A DNA stretch of 64,000 nucleotides from Camelus ferus. Taxonomy: Eukaryota. The stretch is taken from contig NC_045710.1 in the NCBI RefSeq assembly GCF_009834535.1, positions 50,096,001 to 50,160,000 of the forward strand, given 5' to 3'. Each line of letters begins with the position of its first letter. Position 1 is the stretch's first letter. Positions 12,760 to 25,050 of the stretch are shown here, one piece after another. A model generated the notes under the pieces. It ran no database searches and had not been told where the DNA came from. It saw only the letters and a list, made by a program, of their open reading frames with translations. The translations under genes were made by a program, and so were the position numbers.

Positions 12760-13090
12760 CTGGTTCAAGAGGCCAACATCCAATTTACCAGGTGTTGCTG
12801 GGGTCCCTACCAAATACTCAGCACCATGCTAAGGGTTTCCAAAGACGAGTGGTACCATACAGGACATATGGTAATGGATGTAGACTTTATCTTGGAGGCA
12901 GTATGAGCCATTGGCGGTTTTATAGCAGATGAGTGCCAAGATCTGACTTACATCTTAGGAGAAAACACTGGAAGCAGTGTGAAAAGTGAATTGGAGGAAG
13001 GAATGATGGGCAAGGTCACCAGCAAGGACACAATTCAATTGTTATGAAAAGGGGGGCAGGTCTGAGAAACATTTTAGGAAGGGGGAACTA
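12760..13090 (-). mobile_element. L2 fragment
   Basis: GAGCCATTGGCGGTTTTATAGCAG...GATCTGACTTACAT antisense L2 motif. Confidence 0.6.
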
Positions 13091-13913
13091 TCAGATTTGG
13101 GGCCTGATCAGGTAAGAGAGATTATTGCATTGGGAAGAAATAGGTTGGTACCATGAAGGATGAGCCAGTTGGCTGCCCAGAGAGAGCCCCACAGGATGGC
13201 ACTCCAGTGGTGAACCCACTGCAGTCTGCCAGCGCATCTTGTGGACAGAAAAACATGTCTGTCCTCAGCTGAGAGTTCTTCTATCTCCCCAAGTGTGGAT
13301 TTTGCATTGACGAAGTTCCCAAGCAGTGCCACAGAAAAACCATGCCCATGTATTCATTAATAATAAGTTTAACTACCAAGTGGACTAGGTATTCTTGTGG
13401 CCCATCAGCACAGGCCAACCTTCTACGGCACCCTCCTTGGGAAGCCCAGTAGAAATTAAAATTGATGATGATACTAGTTTCAGAGCAAAAGGAATTGTAT
13501 GATCTTGGTGTCTGATGGCATCAAGCTGTAACAGCCTGAGACATTCTGTTCACTATAGGATACACCCAGCTGTGGTAGAGACACTCTCAAATATTTCTTG
13601 GTCTCTCCCTTTGTAAAGGCAGCAGGCAAACCAGTCTTCTAGGGACACACTTCAGACAGAGCAGAGGACAGTGATGAGTTTTCGCTTTCTTACTTGTCAA
13701 GGGGCGGTGTCAAATCAGAAGCAGCCTCCAGGAAGACAAAGCCGGTCCTCTCTTTGGTCCCCAGCTTTGAATCTGCTGCAGGCTAAATGCAACACCAGCT
13801 GTGGAGATGCCCTCTGGGTTGTAGCTAGGCAGCCACTGTGATGGAGAGGGAAGAATGTGAGGGAGCCAAGAAGGGAACGGCATTCCGCAGTCTTTCTTTC
13901 TGCCTTAAAATAA

Positions 13914-14003
<90 letters not shown>

Positions 14004-15152
14004 TAAGGATGGGCCCCATCCCTGTCACCACAAAACCCATCTTTCTTGGGTCCTTCTGATTTTTGTGCCCAGTGCCAGCCTTCATCTGTCAGTCACTTTA
14101 ATCGAATAGTTCTCTCTTTTCACTTATGCCTTGAACTTTGCACGTTGACCCATCTGCTGGTTTACTCTGTGGTGACTTTGATGGAATTTCCTGATGTGGG
14201 TGAAATTTTACAAATGACTAAATCACACTTTTGATTGGTGACTCAGTCTGCGAACTTGGAGCAAACCAAATTCTTGGTAAGGGTGTCTATATTTTCTTTT
14301 ATTTAAATTAGATTTATTTTGTGGATAAAGAGTTCAGAGATATAATAAGCATGCTGTGAGAGAAGTAAGAACTTGAAATATTATCATACGTAATTACTCA
14401 GACAGGGAATAAAAGGGGAGGGTTACGATCCCACAAAATAAAAGAAAATTTGAGTCAAATGTGGCAAAATATTGTTGACATAAAAGGATCAATTAGACCT
14501 AGCTTAACAAAAACATTATTTGGGGTTTTCCCATTTGCAGGTGAAAACTAGCAAAAACAGAGACATGTCATTTATTCCTAGCTAGGAAGATGTGTTGGAG
14601 ATGACACTTTTCTGGAGTTAATGACACTTTGTCCATTTTTTAAAAAGTGGAATGGTCCACATGAGAGAAGCCCCAGGGTGGGACTATTGGGAGACTGATG
14701 TGTGGACACGTTGGAGAAAGGAAGGGAGGAATGGTAAACACGGGGGGCGGGGCAGGGAGACTTTATTCTGTGACATTCTTCTAGAAATGAGAATAGGATT
14801 AACAGGATGCAGTAAGCTTTTCTGGATTTTGCAGAGCACATCCAAGCTAGTCCTCATCCTTCTCCGTGTCTTTGTTTCCATCTGTAACAAAAAGAGCTCT
14901 CTGTACCATGGGGAAGTTTTCAAATCCTGTTACCCCTTCAGCGGTGTCTGTTAGAAGCACGCCTGCCATCTGATACGCACAGAAACTCCATTTTAATAAT
15001 GGTTTTCTTATTCCGTATTAATGGAAGGAGAAATCGAGGCTTCATCATGTTCCTAAGGGTACAGAGGAGAACCCACACTAGATGCTGGCTGCACGGTCCT
15101 TCACCTCCACCTGCTGCCTTCTGTTAAACAGAGACTCATAAGCCTATGTGAA

Positions 15153-15307
15153 GGGGGGAGGGTATATAGCTCAGTGGTAGAGTGTATACCTAGCAGGCAT
15201 GAGGTCCTGGGTTCAATCCCCAGTACCGCCATTAAATAAATAAATAAATAAACCTAATTACTGCCACCTCCCCCCACCAAAAAACTCAAACAAACAAACA
15301 AACAAAG
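15153..15307 (+). mobile_element. Camelid tRNA-Ala-derived SINE (Vic-1 type) with TSD
   Basis: tRNA head with A box TAGCTCAGTGG (15167) and B box GGTTCAATCC (15210), then (AAAT)n, AAACCTAATTAC..CCCCCC and an (AAAC)n tail. TSD AAGCCT(A/G)TGTGA at 15140-15151 and 15308-15319. Confidence 0.9.
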
Positions 15308-16499
15308 AAGCCTGTGTGACTTTCCTTCAATATTGGCCAGAGATTTTAAGAAGCTGAGGCATTGTCTCTCGCCTATGGACCATGTGATCTCGCCATCTTT
15401 ATGCAGTAATATCTCAGTCTTAATTCTGCAAACATGTCTTTTCTTTGGAGAAAACGCCCCTCTCCCCCATCCTTCACATCCTCCTACAACCTGAGGCTGC
15501 CTAGTGCCGCTTACGCTGGCCCCACTCGCTCCATGCCTGAGAGTTTGGCCAAGAGACCAAGCGGACACCTCCCTTGTGGCTATTTTGTGTGCTGCCACTC
15601 ACAGCCTCTGGGAAGGTGGAGAGGTGGAGGGAGGGCACAGATTGATAAACACTATTAGAACGTCTAGGCTCTCAGACCCATTTGGTTATGCTAGTTCGAA
15701 GTAGTCATCTGAACGTTACTTTGAATCTGTTTGTGCCTTAACTTCACTACTCTTTATAACCCGAGCCAAGGAGAAGACTGAGGTTAACATCTCCACTTGG
15801 CTGGAAGCAGCATTTAATATTTAAGGGCTGCTTATGCATCAAACAACAGCCAGAAATACCTTGCTAAGGCTTTCTGGGTTTCATGTGGCGACAGCTTGGC
15901 TTAACCTACTGGCCAGCTGGCAAAGCAGGATGTGGCTCACTGACACGTCCCCAACTTCGTCAGCCTATGGAAGGACGTGGGCAAGCCATCTGTCTCTAAA
16001 ATACTTTCTTCTGAGATTGACTATAAGAGATAGGCTTTCCGAACTCCCAAGCTGGTACTATTTCTGCAATACAATGACTCTCAGTGTTTCAGTTGGTCAC
16101 AGGAATTTGTATACTTTTTCTATTTCTCACTTGATCTTCATAATATGGGATATTATGTCTTATTATAAGATACTAAGAAATGCATTATTATACCAGTTAT
16201 GTAATAATTGAGGAAATGTACAGAATTTTTAAAAAACTTGTTCAAAAACAAGACAGAATTAGCAGAGACTCTCATTTCAACAAGAGCAACAAAAGATTTT
16301 GGGTAAATTAAAAGAAATAATATTAAAGGATACACTTGCATTCAGTTATTGGGATCAACTCCACACAGAGGAGACCATGAGAAGGTTGAAGAAATAGAAT
16401 GGAAAATAAATATGTTGCGCTGAGACGTAGTAAAGAAATTACAATTAGACTAACAATACCTATCATTTGTGTTTTTTATCTGCTAAGGACTTTACATAT

Positions 16500-18020
16500 C
16501 CTTTATTTATCCCCGTAAACCATTATTACTTTCATTTCTGATGTGGTCTCTGTGGTCATTGGATTTATTGTTTAGTATTAAGGTGTCATTTTTCACTAAC
16601 AGCTTTCAAGATTTTTTTCTTTATCTTTAGTTCTCAGCAATTTGATTATGATATGTCTGGCATGGCTGCAGGGTTTTTTTGTTTGTTCATTTTGAGTTTA
16701 TCCTATTTTGACTTTGCTGAATTTCTTGAATCTATAAATTTATGTCTTTCACCAAATTTGGCAAATTTGTAGCTTTTATTTTTCAAATAATTTTTCTGTA
16801 CCAGTCATTTTCTCCTCTCCTTCTATGATCCCAGTGACACACGTTAGACCTTTTGATATTACTCCACATGTTCCTGAAGCTTTCTTCAATTTTTTTGCCA
16901 TCTTCCATCTCTCTGTTCTTTAGACAAAATTATTTCTGTTGTTCTGTCTTCATGTTGATCGACTCTTTCCTCTGTCATCTCTTTTCTGCTGTTGAGTTCA
17001 TCTACTGAATTTCTTATTACATATATTGTGTTTTTCAGGCCTAAAATATCTACTTGGTCTTTTTAAAATTTTTCTCTGCTGAGACCTTCTGTCTTTCCAT
17101 TCATTTCAAGTATATTTACCTTTACCTCATGGAGCATAGTTATTATAACTCCTGTTATATAATAATTGCAGTTATTATAACTGAAAATTCTAATAGCTCA
17201 GGACAGGCATCTTAATTATCTTCTCCCTTAAGAATGGGTCACAATTTCTAGATGATTTTGTGTGTTAAGCAATTTTAGATTGTCTTCTAAAAATTTTTAA
17301 TATTATGTTGTTGGGACTCTGAGTCATGTTCAGATCCTTTAAAGAATGTTGATTTTTTTTTTTTCTTTGCTTTAGTAGGTAATCACCCTAGCTAGGTTCA
17401 GACCACAAGTTCTATCTCTTCTTCTGTGGGTGGTAGTTTTCATTTTGTTTCAGGTTTTCAAAGACTTTGTTAAGCTGCTTTCGGTCTGTCCTGCACATGT
17501 GTAGCTCAGAGATGAGCCTGGGACCTATACAGCTTCCTACATAGAATAGAGGGATCCCCTTCTCCAGCTCTCTCCTCTCCAGCACTCCCCACAGACTGCT
17601 TTTCCCACTGATGCCCCCCCCCCTTTTCAAGTTCTCTAGCAAGAAAAATGGAGTTTCTCTTGGAGTTTTGGTCACCACATTGCTATATGCAGTTCTGTAC
17701 TGAGGCCCCCCTTGGGGCAAAGCTAGGAGTAACAGAAGAAAATTAGAGATGGGATTCCCTCCACATTCTTTGAACCACAGGAGCCCCTTTTTCCAGGGGC
17801 CAGAAATACGAGGGCTTTCTTGGCCTTTTAGGTAACATCTCAACCTACTGCCCTGTGATTGAGGTCCACCTTCAGATTAAAGCTATGAGGAAAGAAAATT
17901 AGGAATTTATCTTTGTGTGGGTTACCTCTCCAGGTTTTAACTCTCCAATCCACCTGCTGTTTTTGCTTTTCAGAGTTTCATTATGCTTGGTTTTTAAATT
18001 TTGTCCTGAGTTGTTATAAT
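16500..18020 (-). mobile_element. Old L1M (MC/MD-type) 5'UTR-ORF1 remnant
   Basis: TCTTTAGTTCTCAGCAATTTGATTATGATATGTCT...TCTTTCACCAAATTTGG...CTCCAATCCACCTGCTGTTTTTGCTTTTCAGAG; antisense L1 ORF1/5' motifs. Confidence 0.7.
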
Positions 18021-18059
18021 CAACAGAACAAAGAGCCTAGAGCAAGTTTACTCCATTTT

Positions 18060-18190
18060 GCTTCTGTGGATTCAGTTTTACAGATAAGGACACCGAGATT
18101 CAGAGAGCTTACATAACTTGCTAAAATCAAATAATTAAAATGTCAGGTCTGGTATTCTGATTTTGGATTCAGTCCAACTCATGTGCTTTG
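18060..18190 (-). mobile_element. MIR fragment
   Basis: GTTTTACAGATAAGGACACCGAGATTCAGAGAGCTTACATAACTTGCTAA. Confidence 0.65.
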
Positions 18191-18299
18191 TATTATATCA
18201 TGTTGCTCTTTCAAGATTTCTTAGCTTCATCAGTTTGCAAAACAATTGACAAACTGTAACACATTTTTTAGATTTCTTCCTTAGCATAATGAAGGATCA

Positions 18300-21200
18300 G
18301 TGTTAATTTAAGTACCATTAAAATAAATTATTTTAGTGTTAACGACTGCACATGATTCCCTAAAAACTCCCTGGGTAGTCTTTTTCCTGATCTTAATTGA
18401 AATACTTGAAATGTTTCATCATTTGGAAATGACATCATGCCAAGGAAGTCCAACTCTTCCTTTAAAAGAAACCAGGAACAGATACTCAATTTAATCAGAT
18501 GCATTTTGGGCATCTATTGAGCTCATATATTTTCTTTGACCTATGAATACAGCAAAATGCATTAAATAGATTCTTTTAATATTGGGTCATTCTTTCATTT
18601 CTGGTTACACTTCGTTGTGATGTATTATTATTTTAATGTAGAGTTGAATTCTATTTTCTGTATTTCATTCAGAAATTTAGTATCAATATTCATACTTGTG
18701 ACTGGGCTGCTGCTGTCCTTTTTATGACTACCTTTATTTATAGTATTTTACACATGTATTTTTTTACATTTGGATCATTATTTGTTCTAGAATGTATTCT
18801 AATGTAAGGTATGAGGTCAAGATCATCTTTTTTCTTCAAGTGTTTAGCCGGTTTTTCCAACACCATTTACTGAATAATCTTCTACTACCAATTGGAAAAG
18901 TTAAACTCTTTCATAGACTTGGGGCCACTGCTGAATTTTCTATTCTGATGCACTGCATTTCTGTCTGTTCTTATGCTAGGGCCACATTATTTTAATTAGT
19001 TTTAACACCTGTAAGACAAAATCCTTCCTTACTTCTAATCCTGAGTGAAAATCTTCCTGGTCTTTAGTGGGTTTTTTGCTACCACATGCATTGTAAATAA
19101 TTTTTTTATGTTCTAAAATATTCCTGAGTTTTTCACTTGAATTACATGAAGAGTACAGAATAATCTTGACAAAAATGGCATGGCCTTTTTACTGTACTGA
19201 TTTTCTTATTTAAGACTGTTTTACTTTTTTATTTCCCCCAGCGAGGTTTTGATATTTTCTTTAGATCAATCTCATGCTGGGTTTGTTAAGGTTATTCTTA
19301 GACATTATGAAGTTTTGCTTTCATTGTGAGTGAATTTTTTTTTCTGTTTTATTTTTGAAATTATTCTTCACTGCAGAGCAGGTAACCTATAATTTGGGGT
19401 CCATGGGCTTTTAATGAACTCCACAAAATGATTTTTTAAAAATTGCAAGTCAGAGAGATTGTAGTTTGCAACAGAAGAAGGCCTATGGCCCCAGAAGAGT
19501 TAAGGAACATTGGTTTGGGGGAAATCTGTTTTATAGGTTTATTTCTTATCCCATCTGAAACATTTTGTTAGTTCTCATACTTTGCCAGTTAATTTTAGAG
19601 TGGTTTCTAGTAAGATGGTTGTATTATTTATAATTAATGGTAACTTCTGTTCTCTTTTCTCATATTTATAGCTATTACATTTTCTTGTGTATCTTATTAT
19701 ATTGACTAAAATTTTCAAAACTTAATGGACTTGTGTTTCACAGTTATGTACTTTATTAGACGTTGACTTCATAGAGTTTTTTTATCTACTATACTAAGGA
19801 ATGATTCTTCAATTGCAAGTGTACTAAAACATTTTTATCTGAAATAAATGTTGCTTTATTAAATGCCCTTTTGTCATGACAAAAAACTATATTTTTCTTC
19901 TTTTATTTTTTTCTTTGCCCTGTCTATGTGAAAATTCTAAATCAAAAGATTGCCTTGATAAGAAACTAACCTTGCATTCCTGAAATAACTTTTATTCATC
20001 ATGGTTTGCTCTTTTATTATATTTCTGGATTTGATTTAATATAAACCTCAAGATATTGCTTATTAATATTTGATATTAAGCGTATTTAGGAGTTTTGCAT
20101 TTTATACTACCTTTGTCAGGCTTGGAATAAAAGGATTATATAAGTTGAGAAAAATGAACTGGCAGTGTTTCCATACGCTGTGAAATATATTAACTAACAT
20201 AGAAAGTATATGTCTGTTCAAAGTTTGCTAGAACTCAGAGGAAAACCATCTAAGGCTAAATCATTACTGAAGAAGTTCTTTGACAGTTATCTCAAATTCT
20301 TATATGACTTACCATTATTATCATATTTTCCACCTTGAGACGTGGTAGAAATTACCAGTGTATTGATATTTTTATTTTATAACATACCTTTTCAATTTTC
20401 AAAATCTCTTCTGTATCTGTGATTATATCCCTTTTCCAACATTCATGTAAAGGTATTTTTGTTTCACTTTTCCCCATTCAAATTACTCAATGGGTTCTCT
20501 CTTAAATGTATTCATTAATTCTCTTTTGTATATTTGTTTTGTTTTATGATTTATTATTTTATTCTTTCACTATTATTAATCCATTCCTTTGGCTTATCTT
20601 TTATTTCATCTTTTTTCCTGAATTAAAAGTTTATCCATTATATTTTATTATTTCTTGTTTAATAATAAAAGCTATTATGAATATAAATTATTCTCTAAAT
20701 CTCTTCCTTATTGAATCTCACATATTCTGATATGTACTGTTCTCATAATTGTCAATTTCTAAATAGTTTATAGTTATAATAATTTTAGATTTGATTTTTA
20801 ATTATTTATAAAGTATTTCACAATTTCCACATGATTTTTGTTTTTTACATTTTTCTCAATTTCTAGAGTCATTGCATTTTTCAGAAAATGTGATTATATA
20901 ATTTCTCCTTTTTAAATTTATTAATTTTTGTTTGTGGACTAGTATATTAATTAATTTTATTAATCATTCATGGATACTAAAGAAAATCTTACTTTGATGA
21001 ATAAACTTTTATATAAGAAATATACTGATTAAATTTATTAAGTATTTTGTATTTTTATTTACTTGATTTGTGAAGACATAGATTATTTTAAAACTTTCCA
21101 CCATGACTATTTGAACTCCCAACACATTGCCTTATAATTTATACCTTATTATTTAGCTTACACATGTTTTTATTGTGGAATATATTTCTAATCAACATAA

Positions 21201-22150
21201 AACAAACTTTTTAGCACCTTTAATGCTTTTCAAGTCCTTTGTCCCAAAATATTATAATTTTTTGTATTTTCCTACTATACTTTTGCCTGCCCGTTTATCT
21301 TTTACCCCTCTTTTATATCTTAACATTCCACCACTGACTTGAAAAGTATAATTTGAAAGGGTATAATTTAATTTTTATTCTAGTAACAATTCCCAATGAA
21401 TGCTTGTCTTTATAATGGTAAGAATTAAGTAATATCTATTTGTTCTTCTCATTCAATTCTTAAGAAATATTTGCATTATGTCTCTTAAATACACGTACAC
21501 ATATATATATTTCCTTTCCAGTATTTGAAGTTTTTATTTTATTTATTTTTTCAATTTCTCAGTTAGCTAATATTTTTTTCAGGTGAATTTTTCCTGAAGG
21601 GTATATGAATATTAAACTTTTTAGGTCTCAATCTATTTGAAAGTCGTTATTCACCTCCAGATAAATATTTTAATTGAATATAAAGTTCTTATATTCTGAA
21701 TATCTTTTCCCCTAAATTTGCTAGAGACAGTTACCCAACATCAATTTGCATATATTCTATCCTATATTGCATATAGAAAAAGGGGAGATGCCAATTTAGC
21801 ACATTTCTCCTTCTGGATGCTTGTAAAAATGTTTTTCTTTGCTTTTGGAATGGAAAAAAAAGTCAAGAAAGTATATCTTGCTGAGGGTCCACTCAATTAA
21901 TTTTGAATCTTTGTAAAGGACTTGAGCCTCCCCATCTAACAACCTAATAAACATCTTTGCCTTGAGAATTTTTTCTATTATTTCTTATATTATTAATTTT
22001 CTCCTGTCTGTCCTTTGGATTCTTGAATCTATCCAACATCACTTTTATATTCTAAGTACAATTTTCAAATCTCTACCATTTTTGTGTTCTTGGGGAATGG
22101 ATTCAGTCCTGTCCTGGAATTCACCAATTTAAGTTGTTTTGATTTTGTCT
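18300..22150 (-). mobile_element. Very old, AT-rich L1ME-type ORF2 remnants
   Basis: TTTTCCAACACCATTTACTGAATAATC and AACCTTGCATTCCTGAAATAAC are antisense ORF2 landmarks; no open frame remains. Confidence 0.55.
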
Positions 22151-22178
22151 TCGCAGTAAGAATTGAACTTACTCTTAA

Positions 22179-22350
22179 NNNNNNNNNNNNNNNNNNNNNN
22201 NNNNNNNNNNNNNNNNNNNNNNNNNNNNNNNNNNNNNNNNNNNNNNNNNNNNNNNNNNNNNNNNNNNNNNNNNNNNNNNNNNNNNNNNNNNNNNNNNNNN
22301 NNNNNNNNNNNNNNNNNNNNNNNNNNNNNNNNNNNNNNNNNNNNNNNNNN
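22179..22350. other. N gap (172 nt)
   Basis: Run of N counted directly. Confidence 0.99.
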
Positions 22351-22530
22351 ATCTCTATCCTATGTTCCGTCTCTATGGATTTGCCAATTCTAGGAACCTC
22401 ATGTAAATGGGATCATAATTTTTGTCTTTTGTATCTGGCTTATTTCACTGAACATGTTTTCAAGGTCCATCCATGTTGCAGCATGTGTCAGAATTTTATT
22501 CATTTTTAAGAAAGAATAATATTCCATTTT
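22351..22530 (-). mobile_element. L1MB-type 3' region (older host element)
   Basis: GTCTCTATGGATTTGCCAATTCTAGG...TCAAGGTCCATCCATGTTGCAGCATGTGTCAGAAT. The element appears to resume at about 24030-24150. Confidence 0.75.
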
Positions 22531-22848
22531 NNNNNNNNNNNNNNNNNNNNNNNNNNNNNNNNNNNNNNNNNNNNNNNNNNNNNNNNNNNNNNNNNNNNNN
22601 NNNNNNNNNNNNNNNNNNNNNNNNNNNNNNNNNNNNNNNNNNNNNNNNNNNNNNNNNNNNNNNNNNNNNNNNNNNNNNNNNNNNNNNNNNNNNNNNNNNN
22701 NNNNNNNNNNNNNNNNNNNNNNNNNNNNNNNNNNNNNNNNNNNNNNNNNNNNNNNNNNNNNNNNNNNNNNNNNNNNNNNNNNNNNNNNNNNNNNNNNNNN
22801 NNNNNNNNNNNNNNNNNNNNNNNNNNNNNNNNNNNNNNNNNNNNNNNN
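22531..22848. other. N gap (318 nt)
   Basis: Run of N counted directly. Confidence 0.99.
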
Positions 22849-22860
22849 ATTTTCTGCTGT

Positions 22861-24027
22861 TTTTTTTTTTATTGTGGTAACATTGGTTTATAATATTGTA
22901 TAAGTGTCATGTGTACAGTGTACATTGCTCCTTCTGTACACAACAGCATGCTCACCAAAAATTGTTTCCATTCATCACCATGCAGTTGACCCCCTTTACT
23001 CATTTCACCCTCCCCTCATACACACCTTTTTTGGTAACCACTACTCTGTTCTCTGTATCTGTTCGTTTTTGTTTGGTTTGATTTGCTCATTTATTTTGGT
23101 TTTTGTTTCTTTGTTTGTTTTTTATATTCCACATTTGATACGATTTTATGTATCATATGGTATTTGTCTTCTCCATCTGACCTATTTCACTTAGCATGAT
23201 ACCCTCAGGGTTCATCCATGTTGTCACAAATGGCAAGGTTTCATTTTTTTTATAGCTGAGTGGTGTTCCATTGTATATACACAACACATCTTCTTTATCC
23301 ACTCATCTGTTGTTTGGCACTTAGGTTGTTTCCATATCTTGGCTGTTGTAAATAATGCTGTGGTGAAATACACCTTTTCTAATTAGCATTTTCATATTCT
23401 TTGGATAAATATTCAGAAGTAGAATAGCTGGATCATATGGCAGGTCTAGTCTTAATTTTTTGAGGAACCACCAAACTGTTCCCTTTCCTTCACATCCTTT
23501 CCAACACTTAGTATTTCTNNNNNNNNNNNNNNNNNNNNNNNNNNNNNNNNNNNNNNNNNNNNNNNNNNNNNNNNNNNNNNNNNNNNNNNNNNNNNNNNNN
23601 NNNNNNNNNNNNNNNNNNNNNNNNNNNNNNNNNNNNNNNNNNNNNNNNNNNNNNNNNNNNNNNNNNNNNNNNNNATCCATNNNNNNNNNNNNNNNNNNNN
23701 NNNNNNNNNNNNNNNNNNNNNNNNNNNNNNNNNNNNNNNNNNNNNNNNNNNNNNNNNNNNNNNNNNNNNNNNNNNNNNNNNNNNNNNNNNNNNNNNNNNN
23801 NNNNNNNNNNNNNNNNNNNNNNNNNNNNNNNNNNNNNNNNNNNNNNNNNNNNNNNNNNNNNNNNNNNNNNNNNNNNNNNNNNNNNNNNNNNNNNNNNNNN
23901 NNNNNNNNNNNNCATATCCAGAAAGATATTGCTAAGACTGATGTGTACAGTCTTACGAGAGCATACTGCCTGTGTTTTCTTCTAGTAGTTTCTATAGTAG
24001 TTTATATTCAAGTCATTAATCCATTTA
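22861..24027 (-). mobile_element. Younger L1 3'UTR plus ORF2 end, nested in the older L1 and partly N-masked
   Basis: T tail then ATTGTGGTAACATTGGTTTATAA; GCTGGATCATATGGCAGGTCTAG...TTTTTGAGGAACC; CATATCCAGAAAGATATTGCTAAGAC. The minus-strand ORF 23321-23680 (TKCWKGCEGKGTVWWFLKKLRLDLPYDPAILLLNIYPK) is the ORF2p C-terminus. Confidence 0.85.
23519..23912. other. Two N gaps (156 and 232 nt) separated by a 6-nt island, ATCCAT (23675-23680)
   Basis: Counted directly and consistent with the ORF-track frames. Confidence 0.98.
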
Positions 24028-24544
24028 ATCTGTTCTTCTTTCTTCTCAGCCATCGTAATGGATCTGAAATGGCATCTCATTGTGGTTTTGACATATTTCT
24101 TTAATGATTAGTGATGTTGGGCATCTTTTCATGTGCTTATTGGCACATCTGGTGTCAGGTGTAGATGATGAATCACTGTGTTCAGAACTTATCCCACCAA
24201 CAACCAGACTTTTCTCCTTTCCTGGAATTCCAGGCTTTTAGGTCCTTCCATCATCCTGATCTCGGTGGCTCTATTTCATACAGGAATTCTTCCAAGTGTC
24301 TGGGGTGTGTGTGGCACCCTTACCAATTTCCCAGCAGTGATAAACATTTTCCCCTGTTATACCAGTTTAGCTGTTTCTACAGCATTTTGGAAAGAAAAAG
24401 AGGAGTTAAAGTGTGTAGACCCAGATCACTATTTTTAACTTTAAATTTCACCTTTCTTCTAAACTTTGCAAGATTGAAAAACAAAGCAGAACAAAACATC
24501 TGTGTGTCAAAGAATTGCCATGCCTTATCCAACCCACTGGCATC

Positions 24545-25050
24545 ACTTCATTGCTAGGAAAATCATCCTCAGAGAGATTGAATTATTTGCCTAAATTCAT
24601 GTAAGAAGTCAGTGGAACTTTTTTAAACTCACAAAATTAGAATTTTTAAATCCAGTTTTTTTTTCCTAGTGCATTACATAGCCCACCTAATTCACTGCAT
24701 CTGTATGCATGCCACTGTCTTGTTTCTCATCTGTGGATTACTTAAACGGTAGCAACCACTATGTTTATGTGCAAATGCATAAATACATATGTGTTTGTAT
24801 GTGTTTATATATACTCTTTTATTAATGGTTGATCATGTTCCAATGACCTAGAATACTTTTTTTCTGCTATAATAAGAGAAAATGATAATACCTACCTTGT
24901 AAGGTTGCTATGGGAATTATATTTATTATATGTTTTCTACAGATGGGCATACTGAGTCAGAGAAGGCTCAAGCCACTTTGTCATGAAAGTGTAGGGACCT
25001 GGATTTAAGCCCCAGCATCATGGCCCCAATGTCCATACTCTTAATCACTA
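24545..25050. mobile_element. Cluster of MIR fragments on both strands
   Basis: CAGAGAGATTGAATTATTTGCCTAA; CCTACCTTGTAAGGTTGCT; TCTACAGATGGGCATACTGAGTCAGAGAAGG...GGATTTAAGCCCAG. Confidence 0.55.

Noticed and set aside
23321-24104. Long ORFs spanning the N gaps (119-214 aa, also 22084-22880)
   Set aside because: Length is an artefact of N codons; the real parts are L1 ORF2 remnants or their antisense.
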